Assembly: GCA_963767925.1 (NCBI GenBank)
Contig: CAVYGB010000008.1
Coordinates: 128,001-192,000 of the forward strand
Length of the DNA stretch: 64,000 nt
Origin: an uncultured delta proteobacterium
GTDB lineage: Bacteria; Myxococcota_A; Polyangia; Fen-1088
Direction: 5' to 3'
The notes under the pieces are model-generated. The model was given only the letters and a program-made list of their open reading frames with translations, was not told the origin of the DNA and made no database searches. This document shows, one piece after another, positions 28,494 through 43,737 of this stretch. Numbering within the stretch: position 1 is the stretch's first letter; every line of letters begins with the position of its first letter. The translations under genes and the position numbers were made by a program.

Positions 28494-28509
28494 TGCAGAA
28501 CGTGTACCA
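28494..28509 (-). promoter_or_regulatory. Sigma-54 promoter of the pacifastin-domain lipoprotein
   Basis: Minus strand TGGTACACGTTCTGCA = GG-N10-GC, 36 nt upstream of ATG 28457. Confidence 0.6.
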
Positions 28510-28511
28510 GG

Positions 28512-29222
28512 GTGCGCCGTGACAAGCAGCCCACCCCCGCGGCGCCCGGACCGGGCGCGCGCCACGAAAAACCGAGGGGCGCAGCGGCGGCAGCGTCAGA
28601 GCGGGCGTCGGGCCGCCCCCTGGCGCGCTACCTTCTCCGGACCTTCGTGTTCTGGGCCCTGGCGCTACCCATCGCAGCTCTGCTGGCGGCCAATGCCGCC
28701 GGGCTGACGGCGGCGGAAGAACCCGGCCCGCCCGGGCCGCTGCTGCTCGGCCGGGCGCTGGGGCTGCTGGCCCTGGTGGCTGTAGCCCTCGGGGTGGCGG
28801 CGGTAGCCACCCCCGTGCCGGCGGGCCTCATCTGTTACACCGGCTTCCTGCCGTTCCTGCGCGGCTTTCGCCAGCTCACGTCGGGGCGCTTCCGTCCCGA
28901 GCCCCCGCCCGCGGCGCCGTCTTCCGGCCGGCGGCCCTGGCTTCGCGCCGCCCGCGCGACGGTGGCCCGGGGCGCCGACCTGCTCGCGGTCGCCGTCCCG
29001 CTGTTCGCCACCCGCACCGGCGCGGAGGTAGGCGCTCTGCTGGCGGCCTGCGCCCTGGCCCTCCCGGCCGACTTGATCCGCGGCCCGCTCGAACGGCGAG
29101 GGGAGGCGGGGCTCCGGCTGCGGGCCCGGGCCGCCGGGCTTCAGCCCTGGTGCCTGGTCGCGATCGGGGCCCACGTCCTGATCGAGGGCGGGGTCTTCAA
29201 CTGGCTGATGCCCGGGCGTTGA
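28512..29222 (+). CDS. Divergent CadD-like (cadmium resistance transporter family) membrane protein; start uncertain
   Basis: Several TMs; GRALGLLALVAVAL, GFLPFLRG, ATVARGADLLAVAVPLFA resemble CadD GQYLG / GGDNIGVYVPLF segments. Confidence 0.5.
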   Translation: MRRDKQPTPAAPGPGARHEKPRGAAAAASERASGRPLARYLLRTFVFWALALPIAALLAANAAGLTAAEEPGPPGPLLLGRALGLLALVAVALGVAAVATPVPAGLICYTGFLPFLRGFRQLTSGRFRPEPPPAAPSSGRRPWLRAARATVARGADLLAVAVPLFATRTGAEVGALLAACALALPADLIRGPLERRGEAGLRLRARAAGLQPWCLVAIGAHVLIEGGVFNWLMPGR

Positions 29223-30021
29223 GCCGGCTGGTCACCGGCTTCTTCCGCAGCTTCCAGCCCGGCGGCGGCCGGCGGTTGGGATCGTCGGGATCGGTGGGCG
29301 AGTAGTCGATCCAGCGGTAGCTGGGCGGCGGTCGGATGTCGACGTGCACGAACCCCCCGCGGGGATAGAGCCCCACACCCATGCCGCCGGAATCGAGGGT
29401 CTCGATGAAGGCGCTCAGCCTGGCGGCGTCCACCCCCTGCACGTGGATGTCGGTGGCCGAGCCGCGGTAGTGGTTGCTCGTCGTGCGGAGCTGGTTGCGG
29501 TAGCCCGAGGTGACCTCGATGCGGCGCCCGCCGAACCGGTCGTGGATGTGCGACAGCACGACGAACAGGCGGGGCTCGATCAACGTCTCGAGGTCGGTGC
29601 GCTTGCAGCGCAGGAGCCGGGACAGCGCCGCCAGCGCATCGACGTTGTACGAGCCGTCGCGGTTGAAGATGTTCACCTTCAGCGACTCGCGCCGGTAGAG
29701 GTTGTGCAGGAAGATGTTGCCCGAGGGAGGTGGAGGCAGCCGCCTGCGCAGCCGCTCGTCCGGGACCACGTGGCCCTGGGTGTTGCGGATCCCGGCGAAG
29801 CGCTTGTTCGGCGGGGCCGGCTTGCTCCCCGCCTCCGGCGCCCCCGCGGGATCGACGGTGGGCTGCTCCGCCTCCTCGGGCATCTCGACCTCGGGGGGCG
29901 TCTCTGCCTCTTCGGCCTCCGGCTCGGCGCTCGGCGCGGGCGGCTGCGCGTGCGCGGGCCCAAGGGACCCGGTGGCGCCGCCAAGCGCCAAAACCACGAG
30001 CGCGGATCGCAGGCTGACCAC
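29197..30021 (-). CDS. YcbK/DUF882 family peptidase M15A (MepK-like)
   Basis: Signal peptide, LLRCKRT, IEVTSGYR, SNHYRGSATD, GVGLYPRGGFVHVD. Confidence 0.85.
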   Translation of the reverse strand: MVSLRSALVVLALGGATGSLGPAHAQPPAPSAEPEAEEAETPPEVEMPEEAEQPTVDPAGAPEAGSKPAPPNKRFAGIRNTQGHVVPDERLRRRLPPPPSGNIFLHNLYRRESLKVNIFNRDGSYNVDALAALSRLLRCKRTDLETLIEPRLFVVLSHIHDRFGGRRIEVTSGYRNQLRTTSNHYRGSATDIHVQGVDAARLSAFIETLDSGGMGVGLYPRGGFVHVDIRPPPSYRWIDYSPTDPDDPNRRPPPGWKLRKKPVTSRLNARASAS

Positions 30022-30130
30022 GACTCGATGAGAGTCGGCCGGCCGCCCTCACCCTGTCAATAGCGGCGTTCGCCCGCCAGGCCCCGTCCTTCCCGCGTAA
30101 GATGCGCGCCCCCATCCAAAAGGAGTCGCG

Positions 30131-31194
30131 ATGTTCGAGGAGCAAGCGGGAAACGAGGCCGCCGGGTTGCCCAGCAACCCCCGCATCCATTTTGCGGTGA
30201 TCGGCTTGAACCATCCGCACATCTACCGCCAGGTCGAGGCCCTCGCCCGGGGCGGCGGCGAGCTGGTCTCCTTCTTCGCCCGTGAGCCAGATCTCTCGGC
30301 CGCGTTCTCCAAGCGGTACCCCCACGCCCGCCTCGCCAGCAACGAGAAGGAGCTCCTGGAGTCCGACGACATCCAGCTCATCGCCAGCGCCGCCATCCCC
30401 GACGAGCGCGCGCCCCTGGGGATCGAGGCCATGCGCCACGGCAAGGACTTCCTCTCGGACAAGCCGGGGATGACCTCGCTGCAGCAGCTCGCCGAGGTCC
30501 GGCGCGTGCAGGCCAAGACCCGCCGGATCTATTCGATCATGTACAGCGAGCGGCACGAGAACCGGGCCACCGTGAAGGCGGGCGAGCTGGTCAAGGCCGG
30601 CGCCATCGGCAAGGTGGTCCACGTGCTCGGCGTCGGGCCCCACCGGCTGAACAGCAAGACCCGCCCGTCCTGGTTCTTCGAGAAGAAGCGCTACGGGGGC
30701 GTGCTGTGTGATCTGGCCTCGCACCAGTTCGACCAGTTCCTCTTCCTGACCGGCTCGACCAGGGCCGACATCGTGACCGCCCAGGTGGGCAACCTGCACC
30801 ACCCCGAACACGCCGGGCTCGAGGACTTCGGCGAGGTGCTGGTGCGGGGCGAAAACGCCACCGGCTACATCCGGGTCGACTGGTTCACCCCCGACGGCCT
30901 GCCCACCTGGGGCGACGGGCGCCTGCTCATCCAGGGGACCGACGGTCACATCGAGGTCCGCAAGAACGTCGACCTGGCCGGCCGCCCCGGCGGCGAGCAC
31001 CTGTTCCTCGTCGACAAGAAGGAGACCCGTTACTTCGACTGCAAGAACGAGCCGCTGCCCTACGGCGAGCGCCTGGTCGACGACGTCATCAACCGCACCG
31101 AGACCGCCATGCCCCAGGCCCACTGCTTTTACGCCATGGAGCTCGCCCTGCGCGCCCAGAAGTCCGCCCGCCGCCTGTCGCCCCAGCGCCCCGG

Positions 31195-31198
<4 letters not shown>
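30131..31198 (+). CDS. Gfo/Idh/MocA family oxidoreductase
   Basis: IGLNHPHI, GKDFLSDKP, DLASHQFD, RVDWFTPDGLPTWGDGR. Confidence 0.9.
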
Positions 31199-33589
<2,391 letters not shown>

Positions 33590-33733
33590 GCTGGCGCCCC
33601 GGGGGGGGCTCGACCTGTGCGCCTGCGACGGGAGGAGCGGGGCGCGGCGCGAGGTGTTCCGCAGCATGCCGACGCGGTGGTTGCGTTTGCCCGCGCTGAC
33701 TGAGAGAACATCAGGCCCACTCTGGAGGTGACG

Positions 33734-35504
33734 ATGAGGATCTCGGTCCCTGTGCTCTCCGCCCTGCTCGCCGGCGCCCTGGGCGCCGGTACGGTCCACG
33801 CCGCCGACGACTACGTCCCGGGGCCCGACTCGAAGCCCCAGCCGGGCGTCCCCAAGGGCGAGGTGCTGAAGTTCAGCCTCGGCCAGAGCAGCCACTTCCC
33901 GGGGACCCAGCGCGACTACTGGCTGTACGTGCCCGCGCAGTACAAGCCCGACCAGCCCGCCTGCGTCTACGTCGGGCAAGACGGCATCCGCTTCGACGCG
34001 CCGGCCGTGTTCGACAACCTCATCCACAAGAAGCAGATGCCGGTCGTGATCGGCGATCTTCGTCATGCCGGGCAAGGTCCCCGCCATCAAGCCCGACGCC
34101 GCCCTCGACCGGATGAACCGCAGCTACGAATACGACACCCCCGGCGACACCTACGCCCGCTTCCTGGCCGAGGACCTGCTGCCCGACGTGGAGAAGCGCC
34201 AGGCCTCCGACGGGCGGGCCATCCACCTGTCGAAGAACGGCAACGACCGGGCCATCGGGGGCGGCAGCAGCGGCGCTATCGCCGCCTTCACCGCCGCCTG
34301 GGAGCGCCCCGAGGAGTGGAGCCGGGTGTTCAGCGCCATCGGCACCTACGTGGGGCTGCGGGGCGGCGACGGCTACCCGACCCTCATCCGCAAGTTCGAG
34401 CCCCGGCCGATCCGGATCTTCTTGCAGGACGGCTCGAACGACAACAACCGCTACGGCGGCGACTGGTGGATGGCCAACCAGACCATGCAGCGGGCCCTGA
34501 CCTTCGCCGGCTACGAGGTGGAGCACGCCTGGGGCGACGGCGGCCACACGCCGAAACACGCCACCGCCATCTTCCCCGATGCCATGCGCTTCCTCTGGAA
34601 GGACTGGCCCAAACCCGTCAAGGGCGGCAAGAGCGGGAACCACGTGCTGGCCGAACTGCTCGTCCCCGGCGAGGACTGGCAGCTCGTCGGCGAGGGCTAC
34701 CGCTTCACCGAGGGCCCCGCGGTCAACGCCCGCGGCGAGGTGTTCTTCAACGACATCCCGAACGCCAAGACCTACAAGGTCGGCCTCGACGGCAAGGTCA
34801 GCGTCTTCCTCGAGGACTCGCAGAAGGCCAACGGACAGGCCTTCGGGCCCGACGGGCGCCTCTACCAGCTCACCGGCACCGAGGGCAAGCTGGTGGCGGT
34901 CGACGACAAGCGCCAGACCAAGGTCATCGCCGAGGGGTTCATGGGCAACGACCTCGTGGTGGCCCACAACGGCAACATCTACGCCACCAACCCGCCCGAC
35001 AACCGCAACCCGGCCGCCCCCAGCAACGTCATCCTCATCCGCAAGAGCGGCGAGAAGCTGCCCGTCGACACGGGGCTACGCTACGCCAACGGGGTCACCC
35101 TCTCGCCCGACCAGACCCTGCTCTTCGTGGACGACCACCGCTCGCACTGGGTCTACAGCTACCAGATCCAGCCCGACGGCACCCTGGCCAACAAGCAGCG
35201 CTTCTACGCCTTGCAGACCCTGGAGACCGCCGACGACAGCTCGGCCGATGGCATGAAGGTCGACCGCGAGGGCCGGCTCTACGTCGCCACCCGCGCCGGC
35301 CTGCTGCAGATCTGCGATCAGGCGGGGCGGGTCAACGCGATCTTGTCCACCCCAAACCGCCGCATCTCCAACGTCACCTTCGGGGGCAAGAACTTCGACA
35401 CGATCTTCGCTACCGCGGGCGACAAGGTCTACAAGCGCAAGCTCCGCACCCGGGGGGCCAACGCCTGGGCGGCCCCCTTCAAGCCGGCGCCGCCCCGCAT
35501 GTGA
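33734..35504 (+). CDS. Esterase + SMP-30/gluconolactonase fusion protein, secreted; frameshift near 34055
   Basis: Signal peptide, RDYWLYVP, NRSYEYD, GGSSG nucleophile elbow, then FTEGP, ANGVTLSPD, DGMKVD (beta-propeller). Confidence 0.88.
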
Positions 35505-35511
35505 CCCCTTC

Positions 35512-37419
35512 TCAGGCCGTCTCGAAGTCGAGGTTTCGGGTGATGCGGGTGCCTTCCTGCTCGAAGGTCCCCAGGTAGTCGGAGATGCGGGCCTTGGCCT
35601 GGCCGAGATCGATCAGGCCGAGGTTGAGATTGAGCAGGTCGATGTACCAGGGCGCCTTGCGGGGCGAGGTGACGTAGCGGCGCACGATCTCGCGGGCGAT
35701 GGGCAGCGTCGTCGCCTTCGAGTCGTCGTGCACGTCGCGGTTCCCTGCGGCCAGCAGCTTGGCGTACTCCTGCTCGAGGAGTCGATCGAAGAGGGCGGCG
35801 CCGAAGAGGTCCCCCGCCTGGCTGCCGGTCCCGGCGTCGGCCTCGCTGAGGGGGGCGCCCTTGTGCAGCCACTCCCAGAGGATGGACAGGCGGATCTCTC
35901 CGGTGGCCATGTCCTCCATGAGGTAGAGGACGTCGTCCTGGCCGAAGAAGTCGGCCGGCTTCAGGGCGGCGGCCTGGAAGCCTTGCAGGAAGGCGTTGCC
36001 GTATTGCAGAGCCACGCTGAGCAGATCCCGGGCGCCCCGCACCGTGCGGGGGGCCGCCTCCAGCGCCACCAGGGCCTCGGCCTCGGCCTCGCCGTACCCG
36101 AGCGGCGGGAAGGAACGGCCGAGCTGGTTCTCCTGGCCAGCCTTCTCCCAGACCGGCCGCACGATGTGGACCATCTTCCAGTGGGCCACCCACTTGCCGC
36201 TGGCCCCCTCGCGCTGCTCGCGCTCGGCCCCCGCCACCGCCCGCTTCATCCCGCTCGCCACCCCCGCCGCCGACCCGACCGGGATGTTGGGCTCCATGCC
36301 CCCCTGCCACAACGCAAACCGCCCGTTGCGGTCGGGCGTGTTGACCGCCCGGCGCACCCGATCCTCGTAGTTGCGCATGTACCCGTAGGTCATCGTGATG
36401 GCGTCGATGTTGGGGTTCTGAAAGCCGGGATCCCAGGCCAGCGCGTCCGACACGCTGTTGATGTAGTCCCAGCGCCCGGTGTTGAAGCCCACGAAGTGCC
36501 GCCCCAGGGCCGCCCGGATCTCCATGAGCTGGAAGCTCGCCTCGAGCTGCTCGACCAGCACGTACACCTTCACCGTCCCCGCCGGCAGGCCCAGGTGCTG
36601 CTCGAGGGTGTTGAGCAGCCGGTTCCACAGCGCCGCCTCCTCGGCGGTCTGGATCTTCGGCAGGTAGAGCACGATCGAGGCGCCGGTGCTGCGCAGGCGC
36701 TCGTGGTTGTTGACCACGTAGAGGGCGGCGTCGACGATCGACGCCGAGAACCCCATGCCGTCGGCCCAGCGCACGTGGCGGTCGTCGAGGTGCAGGCCCC
36801 GGGCCCGGAAGATCACCGTCGTGAACCCGAGCTGGCTGCGGTGGTCGTCGATGATGGCTCGCCCCAGGAAGCCGCGGGCCCAGCCGTTCATCTCCTCGGC
36901 GACCTGGGCGGCGATCTTCAGGAAGCGGGGGTCCCGATCGATGGCCAGCTTCAGGTTGCGCTGGTTGTCGAGCGACATGGTCGACACCTGGCCCAGGGCG
37001 TCCTCCCCGTCGAACATCCAGCCGTCCGCCCCCGACAGCAGGGCGTAGGCCACGTTGCGCAGGCTCGTCTCGGTGGGCTGCCCGGGGCGGGTGGCCGGTC
37101 CGGTCCCCTGCACCCACTGCCGCTGCAGGTCGGCGGGGATCTCGCCGCCGGCGAACTGGCCCTCCCGGGCCTGCTGCACGGTGAGGTCGGTCCCGGCGAT
37201 GGTGGCGCCCGGATCCAGGAAGCCGAGGCGCTGGCGCCCGCGGGCCCGCCCCTGGCGCCGGTCGAGCCGGGCCTGCATCAGCGCCCGGCGGGTCTCATCG
37301 AGGGGGGCCAGCTCGGCCAGGGCGGCCATCGCCGCGGGCGTGTAGACGTCGGGGTAAGCGCGTTCGAGGCCGCCCCGGACCTGCAGGGCCAGCGACTCGC
37401 CCAGGATGGTGTTGCTCAT
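35512..37419 (-). CDS. Malate synthase
   Basis: [58 protein letters not shown]. Confidence 0.9.
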   Translation of the reverse strand: MSNTILGESLALQVRGGLERAYPDVYTPAAMAALAELAPLDETRRALMQARLDRRQGRARGRQRLGFLDPGATIAGTDLTVQQAREGQFAGGEIPADLQRQWVQGTGPATRPGQPTETSLRNVAYALLSGADGWMFDGEDALGQVSTMSLDNQRNLKLAIDRDPRFLKIAAQVAEEMNGWARGFLGRAIIDDHRSQLGFTTVIFRARGLHLDDRHVRWADGMGFSASIVDAALYVVNNHERLRSTGASIVLYLPKIQTAEEAALWNRLLNTLEQHLGLPAGTVKVYVLVEQLEASFQLMEIRAALGRHFVGFNTGRWDYINSVSDALAWDPGFQNPNIDAITMTYGYMRNYEDRVRRAVNTPDRNGRFALWQGGMEPNIPVGSAAGVASGMKRAVAGAEREQREGASGKWVAHWKMVHIVRPVWEKAGQENQLGRSFPPLGYGEAEAEALVALEAAPRTVRGARDLLSVALQYGNAFLQGFQAAALKPADFFGQDDVLYLMEDMATGEIRLSILWEWLHKGAPLSEADAGTGSQAGDLFGAALFDRLLEQEYAKLLAAGNRDVHDDSKATTLPIAREIVRRYVTSPRKAPWYIDLLNLNLGLIDLGQAKARISDYLGTFEQEGTRITRNLDFETA

Positions 37420-37484
37420 GATCTCCTCGGCGGCCGCGCGGGTCGTGCCGGCGGGCTGCGCGGTCGCCTGGGCCCAGTTTACCC

Positions 37485-38524
37485 TCAACCGGGCCGCTCG
37501 ACGCGCCCCGAGGCGTGGCGGGCGAAGCGCCCCTCCTCGCGCGGGTGGACCGGATCGTCGCTGGGCCAGGGCCAGCCACCGAACTGGGTGCGCTGGTAGT
37601 CGATCATCGCCTGCTGGATCTCGGCCCGCGTGTTCATCACGAAGGGCCCGTACTGGGCCACCGGCTCCTGGATCGGCCGCCCCTGCAGCAAGAGCAGCTC
37701 GCTCGGTCCCACGCTCCGGAGCGGCACCGGCAGGTGGGCGGCGAGCTCCGCACCCTGGGGCGCGGCCAGCACCTCGCCGGCCACGTGCAGGCGGTCGCCG
37801 CGGAAGAAGTACAGGCTGCGGTTGGTCCCAGGCTGGGCGGGGGGCAAGGTGAAGCGGGCGCCGGCCTCGAGGCGCAGGGTCCAGATGGCGACGTCGCTGT
37901 CGGGGCGGGCGGCCCAGGACCGGGGCGGCGGCGCGGGCGCCACCCGATCGCCGAGCCGTCCGGCCACCAGCGCCACCTCGGTGGCGCGCCCCTCGGCGTC
38001 GCGCTCGACCTGGCGGGGGATGGCCTCGTCCCACAACATCGAGAAGTGGGGCTCGGCCAGCTTGTCGGCCCGCGGGCAGGTTGAGCCAGATCTGGAACAG
38101 CTCGAGGGGGTTGTCCTGCTCGCGCTCGAGCAGGGGAAACATCTCGGCGTGCACGATCCCCTTGCCGGCGGTCAGCCACTGCACGTCGCCCCGCCCGAAG
38201 CGAGCGGCAGCCCCCAGCGAGTCCGAGTGGTCGATGCAGCCCGCGGCGCACGATGGTGACGGTCTCGAAGCCGCGGTGCGGGTGCTGGGGAAATCCGGGA
38301 ACCACCTGGCCGTGGTACATGCGCCAGCCCTCGCGCACGGCCGCCTCGCTGGCGAAGTCCTGTCCCAGGTCGCGCCCCGACAGCGAGGCCGCCGGCCCCA
38401 GCAGGTCGTTTCCGCGCGGGTAGGCGTCGTCGTGGTGCACGCAGAACAGGAACGGATCCGCCGTCTCCCAGGGAAAGCCGAGCGGGCGGATGCGAAGGAC
38501 GGGATTGGCGTGCGGGTCGGCCAC
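37485..38524 (-). CDS. Pirin family protein; frameshifts near 38237 and 38072
   Basis: [59 protein letters not shown] across frames. Confidence 0.88.
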
Positions 38525-38671
38525 GTCCTGTGAAACCTAGGAGACCGACCGGGCCCCCGCAACCCCGGCTCCGACGGGCGCCCGGTTGCGGACAGCGTGT
38601 CGCTCCTGGCCCGCCGTCGAGCCGATCGGGGTGGCTTCCCGACATGAAAGGCTGCCCGGTCGCGCCGCCGC

Positions 38672-38707
38672 CTGCGGATTTCGCAGGAGCCGCTGCGATT
38701 TTCGCAG
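38672..38707. promoter_or_regulatory. Tandem palindromic enhancer sites CTGCG-N5-CGCAG x2
   Basis: CTGCGGATTTCGCAG and CTGCGATTTTCGCAG, centres 21 bp apart, about 130 bp upstream of a sigma-54 promoter. Confidence 0.65.
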
Positions 38708-38834
38708 TCACCGCGCGGGCGAGAACCGCGCGGCAACGGGAGGGGCTCGAAGCGCTCGAAGCGCCCGCTGCGCTCGAACGTCAGGCGGCGGCCCCGCGGG
38801 GCCAGGGGGTGGGGACCGGCGCCGCGGGCGGGTT

Positions 38835-38850
38835 TGGTATCGTCTGTGCT
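38835..38850 (+). promoter_or_regulatory. Sigma-54 promoter of the HK/RR operon
   Basis: TGGTATCGTCTGTGCT = GG-N10-GC, 22 nt before ATG 38873. Confidence 0.6.
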
Positions 38851-38872
38851 TCGAGTCTCGCTTCGTGCACCC

Positions 38873-40177
<1,305 letters not shown>

Positions 40178-40192
40178 TCGGGGGATCGCTGC

Positions 40193-41548
40193 ATGTCGCG
40201 CATTCTGGTGGTCGACGACGAGGAAGGGATCCGGACCTTCGTGGCCGAGGCCCTCGAGGCCGAGGGCGCCGAGATCGAGAGCGCCGCCAGCGGCGACGAG
40301 GCGGCGGCGCTGCTCGACCGCCAGGGGTTCGACGTGGTGGTGACCGATCTCAAGATGCCGGGTCGGGATGGCATGTCTCTGCTGGCGAAGGTGCGGGCCG
40401 ACCAGCCGGAGACCCAGGTGATCCTGCTGACCGCCCACGGCACCGTCGAGACCGCGGTGCAGGCCATGAAGGCCGGCGCCTTCGATTACCTGCAAAAGCC
40501 CATCGGCAGCCCCGACGAGCTGCGGCTGGTGGTGGCCCGCGCGCTCGAGCGGCGGCAGCTTTTGGCTTCGCGGGAGGGCACCACCCGGGCCGAGGCCGAG
40601 GCCACTTTTCCGCTGACCTACGGCGATCCGGCCATGACTCCCATCAAGGCCGCGCTCGACAAGGTGGCCCGCACCGACGCCACCGTGCTGCTGCTGGGAG
40701 AGACCGGCACCGGCAAGGAGGTGGCGGCGCGGGCCCTGCACGCGGCCAGCGCGCGGGCCGGGCGCCCCTTCGTGGCGGTCAACTGCGCCGCGCTCAGCGA
40801 GTCGCTGCTGGAGAGCGAGCTGTTCGGCCACGAGAAGGGGGCCTTCACGGGGGCTCACGCCCAGCGCCGGGGCCGTCTCGAGCTGGCCGAGGGCGGGACC
40901 TTCTTTCTCGACGAGGTGGGCGAGCTGAAGCTCGATCTGCAGGCCAAGCTGCTGCGGGTCCTGCAGGAGCGGCGCTTCGAGCGGGTGGGCGGCACGCGCA
41001 CCCTGGCCGCCGACGTGCGCTGGGTGGCCGCCACCAACCGCGACCTGCGCGCGATGATCGAGGCGGGGACCTTCCGCGAGGACCTCTACCACCGGCTGGC
41101 CGTCTTCCCCATCCGCCTGCCGACCCTGCGCGAACGCCCGGGCGACATCTTGCCCCTGGCCGATCTGCTCCTGCGCCGGGCCGCCGCCGAGCTGGGGCGT
41201 CCGCCGCTGCGGCTCACCGAAGAGGCCCGGGCCCGGGTGCAGGCGGCTCCGCTGCGGGGAAACATCCGCGAGCTCAAGAACATGCTCGAGCGCGCCGCCA
41301 TCCTGGCCGACGGCGGGGTGGTGCAGGCCGAGCACATCTGGCTCGACCCCTCGGGGACCGTTGGCGCGCCGGCGCCCCCCTCGGGGCCACCCCTTCCCGA
41401 GGCCTCGGGGTCCCTCGACGACCTGGAGAAGGCCGCCATCCAGCGGGCGCTGGCCGAGACCGGGGGCAACCGGCGCCGGGCCGCCGAGCGGCTGGGCATC
41501 GGCCTGCGCACCTTGTACGAAAAGCTCAAGCGCTACGACCTGAGCTAG
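40193..41548 (+). CDS. Sigma-54-dependent response regulator (NtrC/AtoC family)
   Basis: VVDDE..DLKMP receiver, [14 protein letters not shown], Fis HTH. Confidence 0.95.
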   Translation: MSRILVVDDEEGIRTFVAEALEAEGAEIESAASGDEAAALLDRQGFDVVVTDLKMPGRDGMSLLAKVRADQPETQVILLTAHGTVETAVQAMKAGAFDYLQKPIGSPDELRLVVARALERRQLLASREGTTRAEAEATFPLTYGDPAMTPIKAALDKVARTDATVLLLGETGTGKEVAARALHAASARAGRPFVAVNCAALSESLLESELFGHEKGAFTGAHAQRRGRLELAEGGTFFLDEVGELKLDLQAKLLRVLQERRFERVGGTRTLAADVRWVAATNRDLRAMIEAGTFREDLYHRLAVFPIRLPTLRERPGDILPLADLLLRRAAAELGRPPLRLTEEARARVQAAPLRGNIRELKNMLERAAILADGGVVQAEHIWLDPSGTVGAPAPPSGPPLPEASGSLDDLEKAAIQRALAETGGNRRRAAERLGIGLRTLYEKLKRYDLS

Positions 41549-41746
41549 CCGGGCCCTCGCGGAGCGAGGGAACCCGGCCACTTTTGCAACCGTCTCGCAG
41601 CCATCCCTTCCCGGTTCCCCGCTCGGGGGTGGAGTGTGGAGTGTGAGCGCGGACGGATCTGTCACCGCGGGGGCGTGGACGCCGCGCTCCGCATCCGATA
41701 CGATCGCGCCGACATTTCAGAGTTTCGTTGTCGAAAGGAGATCCGC

Positions 41747-42562
41747 ATGCGCGCTTTGGCCAGTTGGGCGTTGGTTCTTGTCGTGTCGAGCGCGGCGCTG
41801 CCCGCCTGTGACCCCGGTGAGGACGGCACGAGCGACGGCGCTGCCGGCACGGGTGGAGGCGGGGGCACCGGTGGATCGGGTGGCTCCGGTGGATCGGGCG
41901 GCTCCGGCGGATCGGGCGGACGGACGCCAGACGCCCGGGCTCCCGACACGGCGGCCGGCTCGGCCTACCAGTGGATCGGCATCTTCGACAACGATAAGGT
42001 CGCCGTGTGCACCGGGAGCGGACCGGGGCCGGACATCGACTCGGTCGACCTGCGGCGGGCCGGGGCGAACATCGGTGTGGGGCTCCGGAGCTCGGCGATC
42101 TTCTCCCCCGACCGCCCCGGTGAGACAGTCAGCGCCTGCACCATGTGCGCGGGGACGACGTGCGCCCACTCCGGCACCCAGGCCCAGGCGCGCGCCGAGG
42201 GGATCCCGGACGCGATGTTTTACACGAACATGTCCGACATCGGATACATCTCGCTGAACAGCGGCGTGTTGTGGATCCAGATCGGCCAGGCCAACGGCAA
42301 CAACCCGGCCCAGGAGATCCGCTCCGGGGACACCGTGATCGTGCGCGAGGTGGATCAGGTGTACAAGGCCGAGGGCGGAGCGCCCTGGACTGGCTGCGGC
42401 TGCGTTCCCGAGAAATACGCGGCCTACGCCTACGTCACGCGGGACGTGAACGCGACCCGCGTCCAGCTCGTGCCGACCGCCTACCGCGCCGAAAACCAGA
42501 GCGCCTGCGGCGCCGTCGCCAACAACCTCGGCTGCGGCACCACCGACTTCACCGTTCCCTAG
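41747..42562 (+). CDS. Cys-rich lipoprotein with GGS linker
   Basis: AGGAG RBS, lipobox LPAC, (GGS)n linker, GPDIDSV motif, several Cys. Confidence 0.75.
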   Translation: MRALASWALVLVVSSAALPACDPGEDGTSDGAAGTGGGGGTGGSGGSGGSGGSGGSGGRTPDARAPDTAAGSAYQWIGIFDNDKVAVCTGSGPGPDIDSVDLRRAGANIGVGLRSSAIFSPDRPGETVSACTMCAGTTCAHSGTQAQARAEGIPDAMFYTNMSDIGYISLNSGVLWIQIGQANGNNPAQEIRSGDTVIVREVDQVYKAEGGAPWTGCGCVPEKYAAYAYVTRDVNATRVQLVPTAYRAENQSACGAVANNLGCGTTDFTVP

Positions 42563-42655
42563 CCGCCGCTGGGCGGGGGCGACCGACCGACCGCTCCACC
42601 ATCCGCGCCGGCGCGCGGATGGTGGGCGAACCAGGCACGCCAGTACGGGTTGCGG

Positions 42656-43705
42656 CTAGACCACGTCCTCGCGTTTCACTCCGGGGAACTCGAGGATGAG
42701 GTCGCGGCCGTAGACGCCGGCGGGGGTCTGGAACCCGGCGGGCGCCTCTCCGGCGAGGGCCCGCTGGGCCAGGGCCACCGCGCTCAGGCGGGTGAGCTCG
42801 TACCCCTCGGGCACCACCAGCCGCGAGGTCACCTTCCTTCCGGCGGCGTCTGTCGCCTCTCCCCACACGAGGCTGCGACCCCGGCGGCGCGCCTCGGCCG
42901 ACGGGCCGGGAGCTCCGGCGCGGATGCGGGCCGCCAGCAGGCGCTGCACCCGCCGTAGCCGGAGCAGCGGCGCCATCAGCCGCGCCACCCGCACGGCGGC
43001 CCGGATCGCCCAGGGCACGCCGATGTAGACCTCGACGTTGGGGATCCCCGTGGTCACCGTCGCGGTGAACACGTCGCCCCAGGGGATGGCGATGGCCCGG
43101 GTGGCCCCCCGGCCGAAGTCCACCCGGATCGTCCGGTGGCCGAGCGGGACGGGGGTCAAGACCCCGTCCCGGCGGATCATGCCCTGGCTCCCGGCCGCCT
43201 CGAGCGTGCTGAGCGCCGTTCCCCGGGAGGCTTTGCCCCCCGGCTGGAACGCCAGGCGCAGGTGGGTGGCGCCGGGGAGCCGGTGGCGCAGGTGGGCCGC
43301 CAGGCAGTCCGTGGGCACGACGTCGAACCCCGCCCCGGGCAGCAACATCACGCCCGCCGCCCGCGCCTGGGCGTCCAGCCCGGCCAGGGCGGCGAAGACC
43401 GCCACCTCGCCGGTGATGTCGAGGTAGTGGGCCCGCAGGCGAAGGCAGGCCGCGGCCAGCGGACCCGCGGTCCGGGTGAAGGGCCCGGCACAGCTCAGCA
43501 GCACCGTGGCCCCGGCCAGCCCGGCGTCGACGGCCGCCGGGTCGTCCAGGGCGAAGGCCCGGGCCGGGACCCCCAGCTCGGCGGCCAGCGCCGCCAGCGG
43601 CTCGAGCCGCCGGCCCGCCAGCACCGGCCGCAGGCCACACTCCACCGCCCGCCGGGCGACCAGCTCACCCGAATAGCCATTGGCCCCGTAGATCAGCAAG
43701 CCCAT
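42656..43705 (-). CDS. Saccharopine dehydrogenase-like NAD(P)-binding oxidoreductase
   Basis: IYGANGYSG, LAGR, CAGPF, HYLDITGE, GFDVVPTDCL. Confidence 0.88.
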   Translation of the reverse strand: MGLLIYGANGYSGELVARRAVECGLRPVLAGRRLEPLAALAAELGVPARAFALDDPAAVDAGLAGATVLLSCAGPFTRTAGPLAAACLRLRAHYLDITGEVAVFAALAGLDAQARAAGVMLLPGAGFDVVPTDCLAAHLRHRLPGATHLRLAFQPGGKASRGTALSTLEAAGSQGMIRRDGVLTPVPLGHRTIRVDFGRGATRAIAIPWGDVFTATVTTGIPNVEVYIGVPWAIRAAVRVARLMAPLLRLRRVQRLLAARIRAGAPGPSAEARRRGRSLVWGEATDAAGRKVTSRLVVPEGYELTRLSAVALAQRALAGEAPAGFQTPAGVYGRDLILEFPGVKREDVV

Positions 43706-43737
43706 GTCGGGCCGACGTTAGCCGAGGGGCCGCCCGC

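Noticed and set aside
41575..41590. Sigma-54 promoter CGGCCACTTTTGCA upstream of the lipoprotein
   Set aside because: GG-GC spacing is 8, not 10.
41850..41920. Short tandem repeats (also 15270-15360, 22260-22320, 27080-27150) as CRISPR or VNTR
   Set aside because: They encode Gly-Ser, Pro/Ala and Thr-Pro linkers; no repeat-spacer structure or cas genes.
42656..43705. Oxidoreductase as the monooxygenase reductase
   Set aside because: No [2Fe-2S] Cys motif or FAD-binding RxYS motif.
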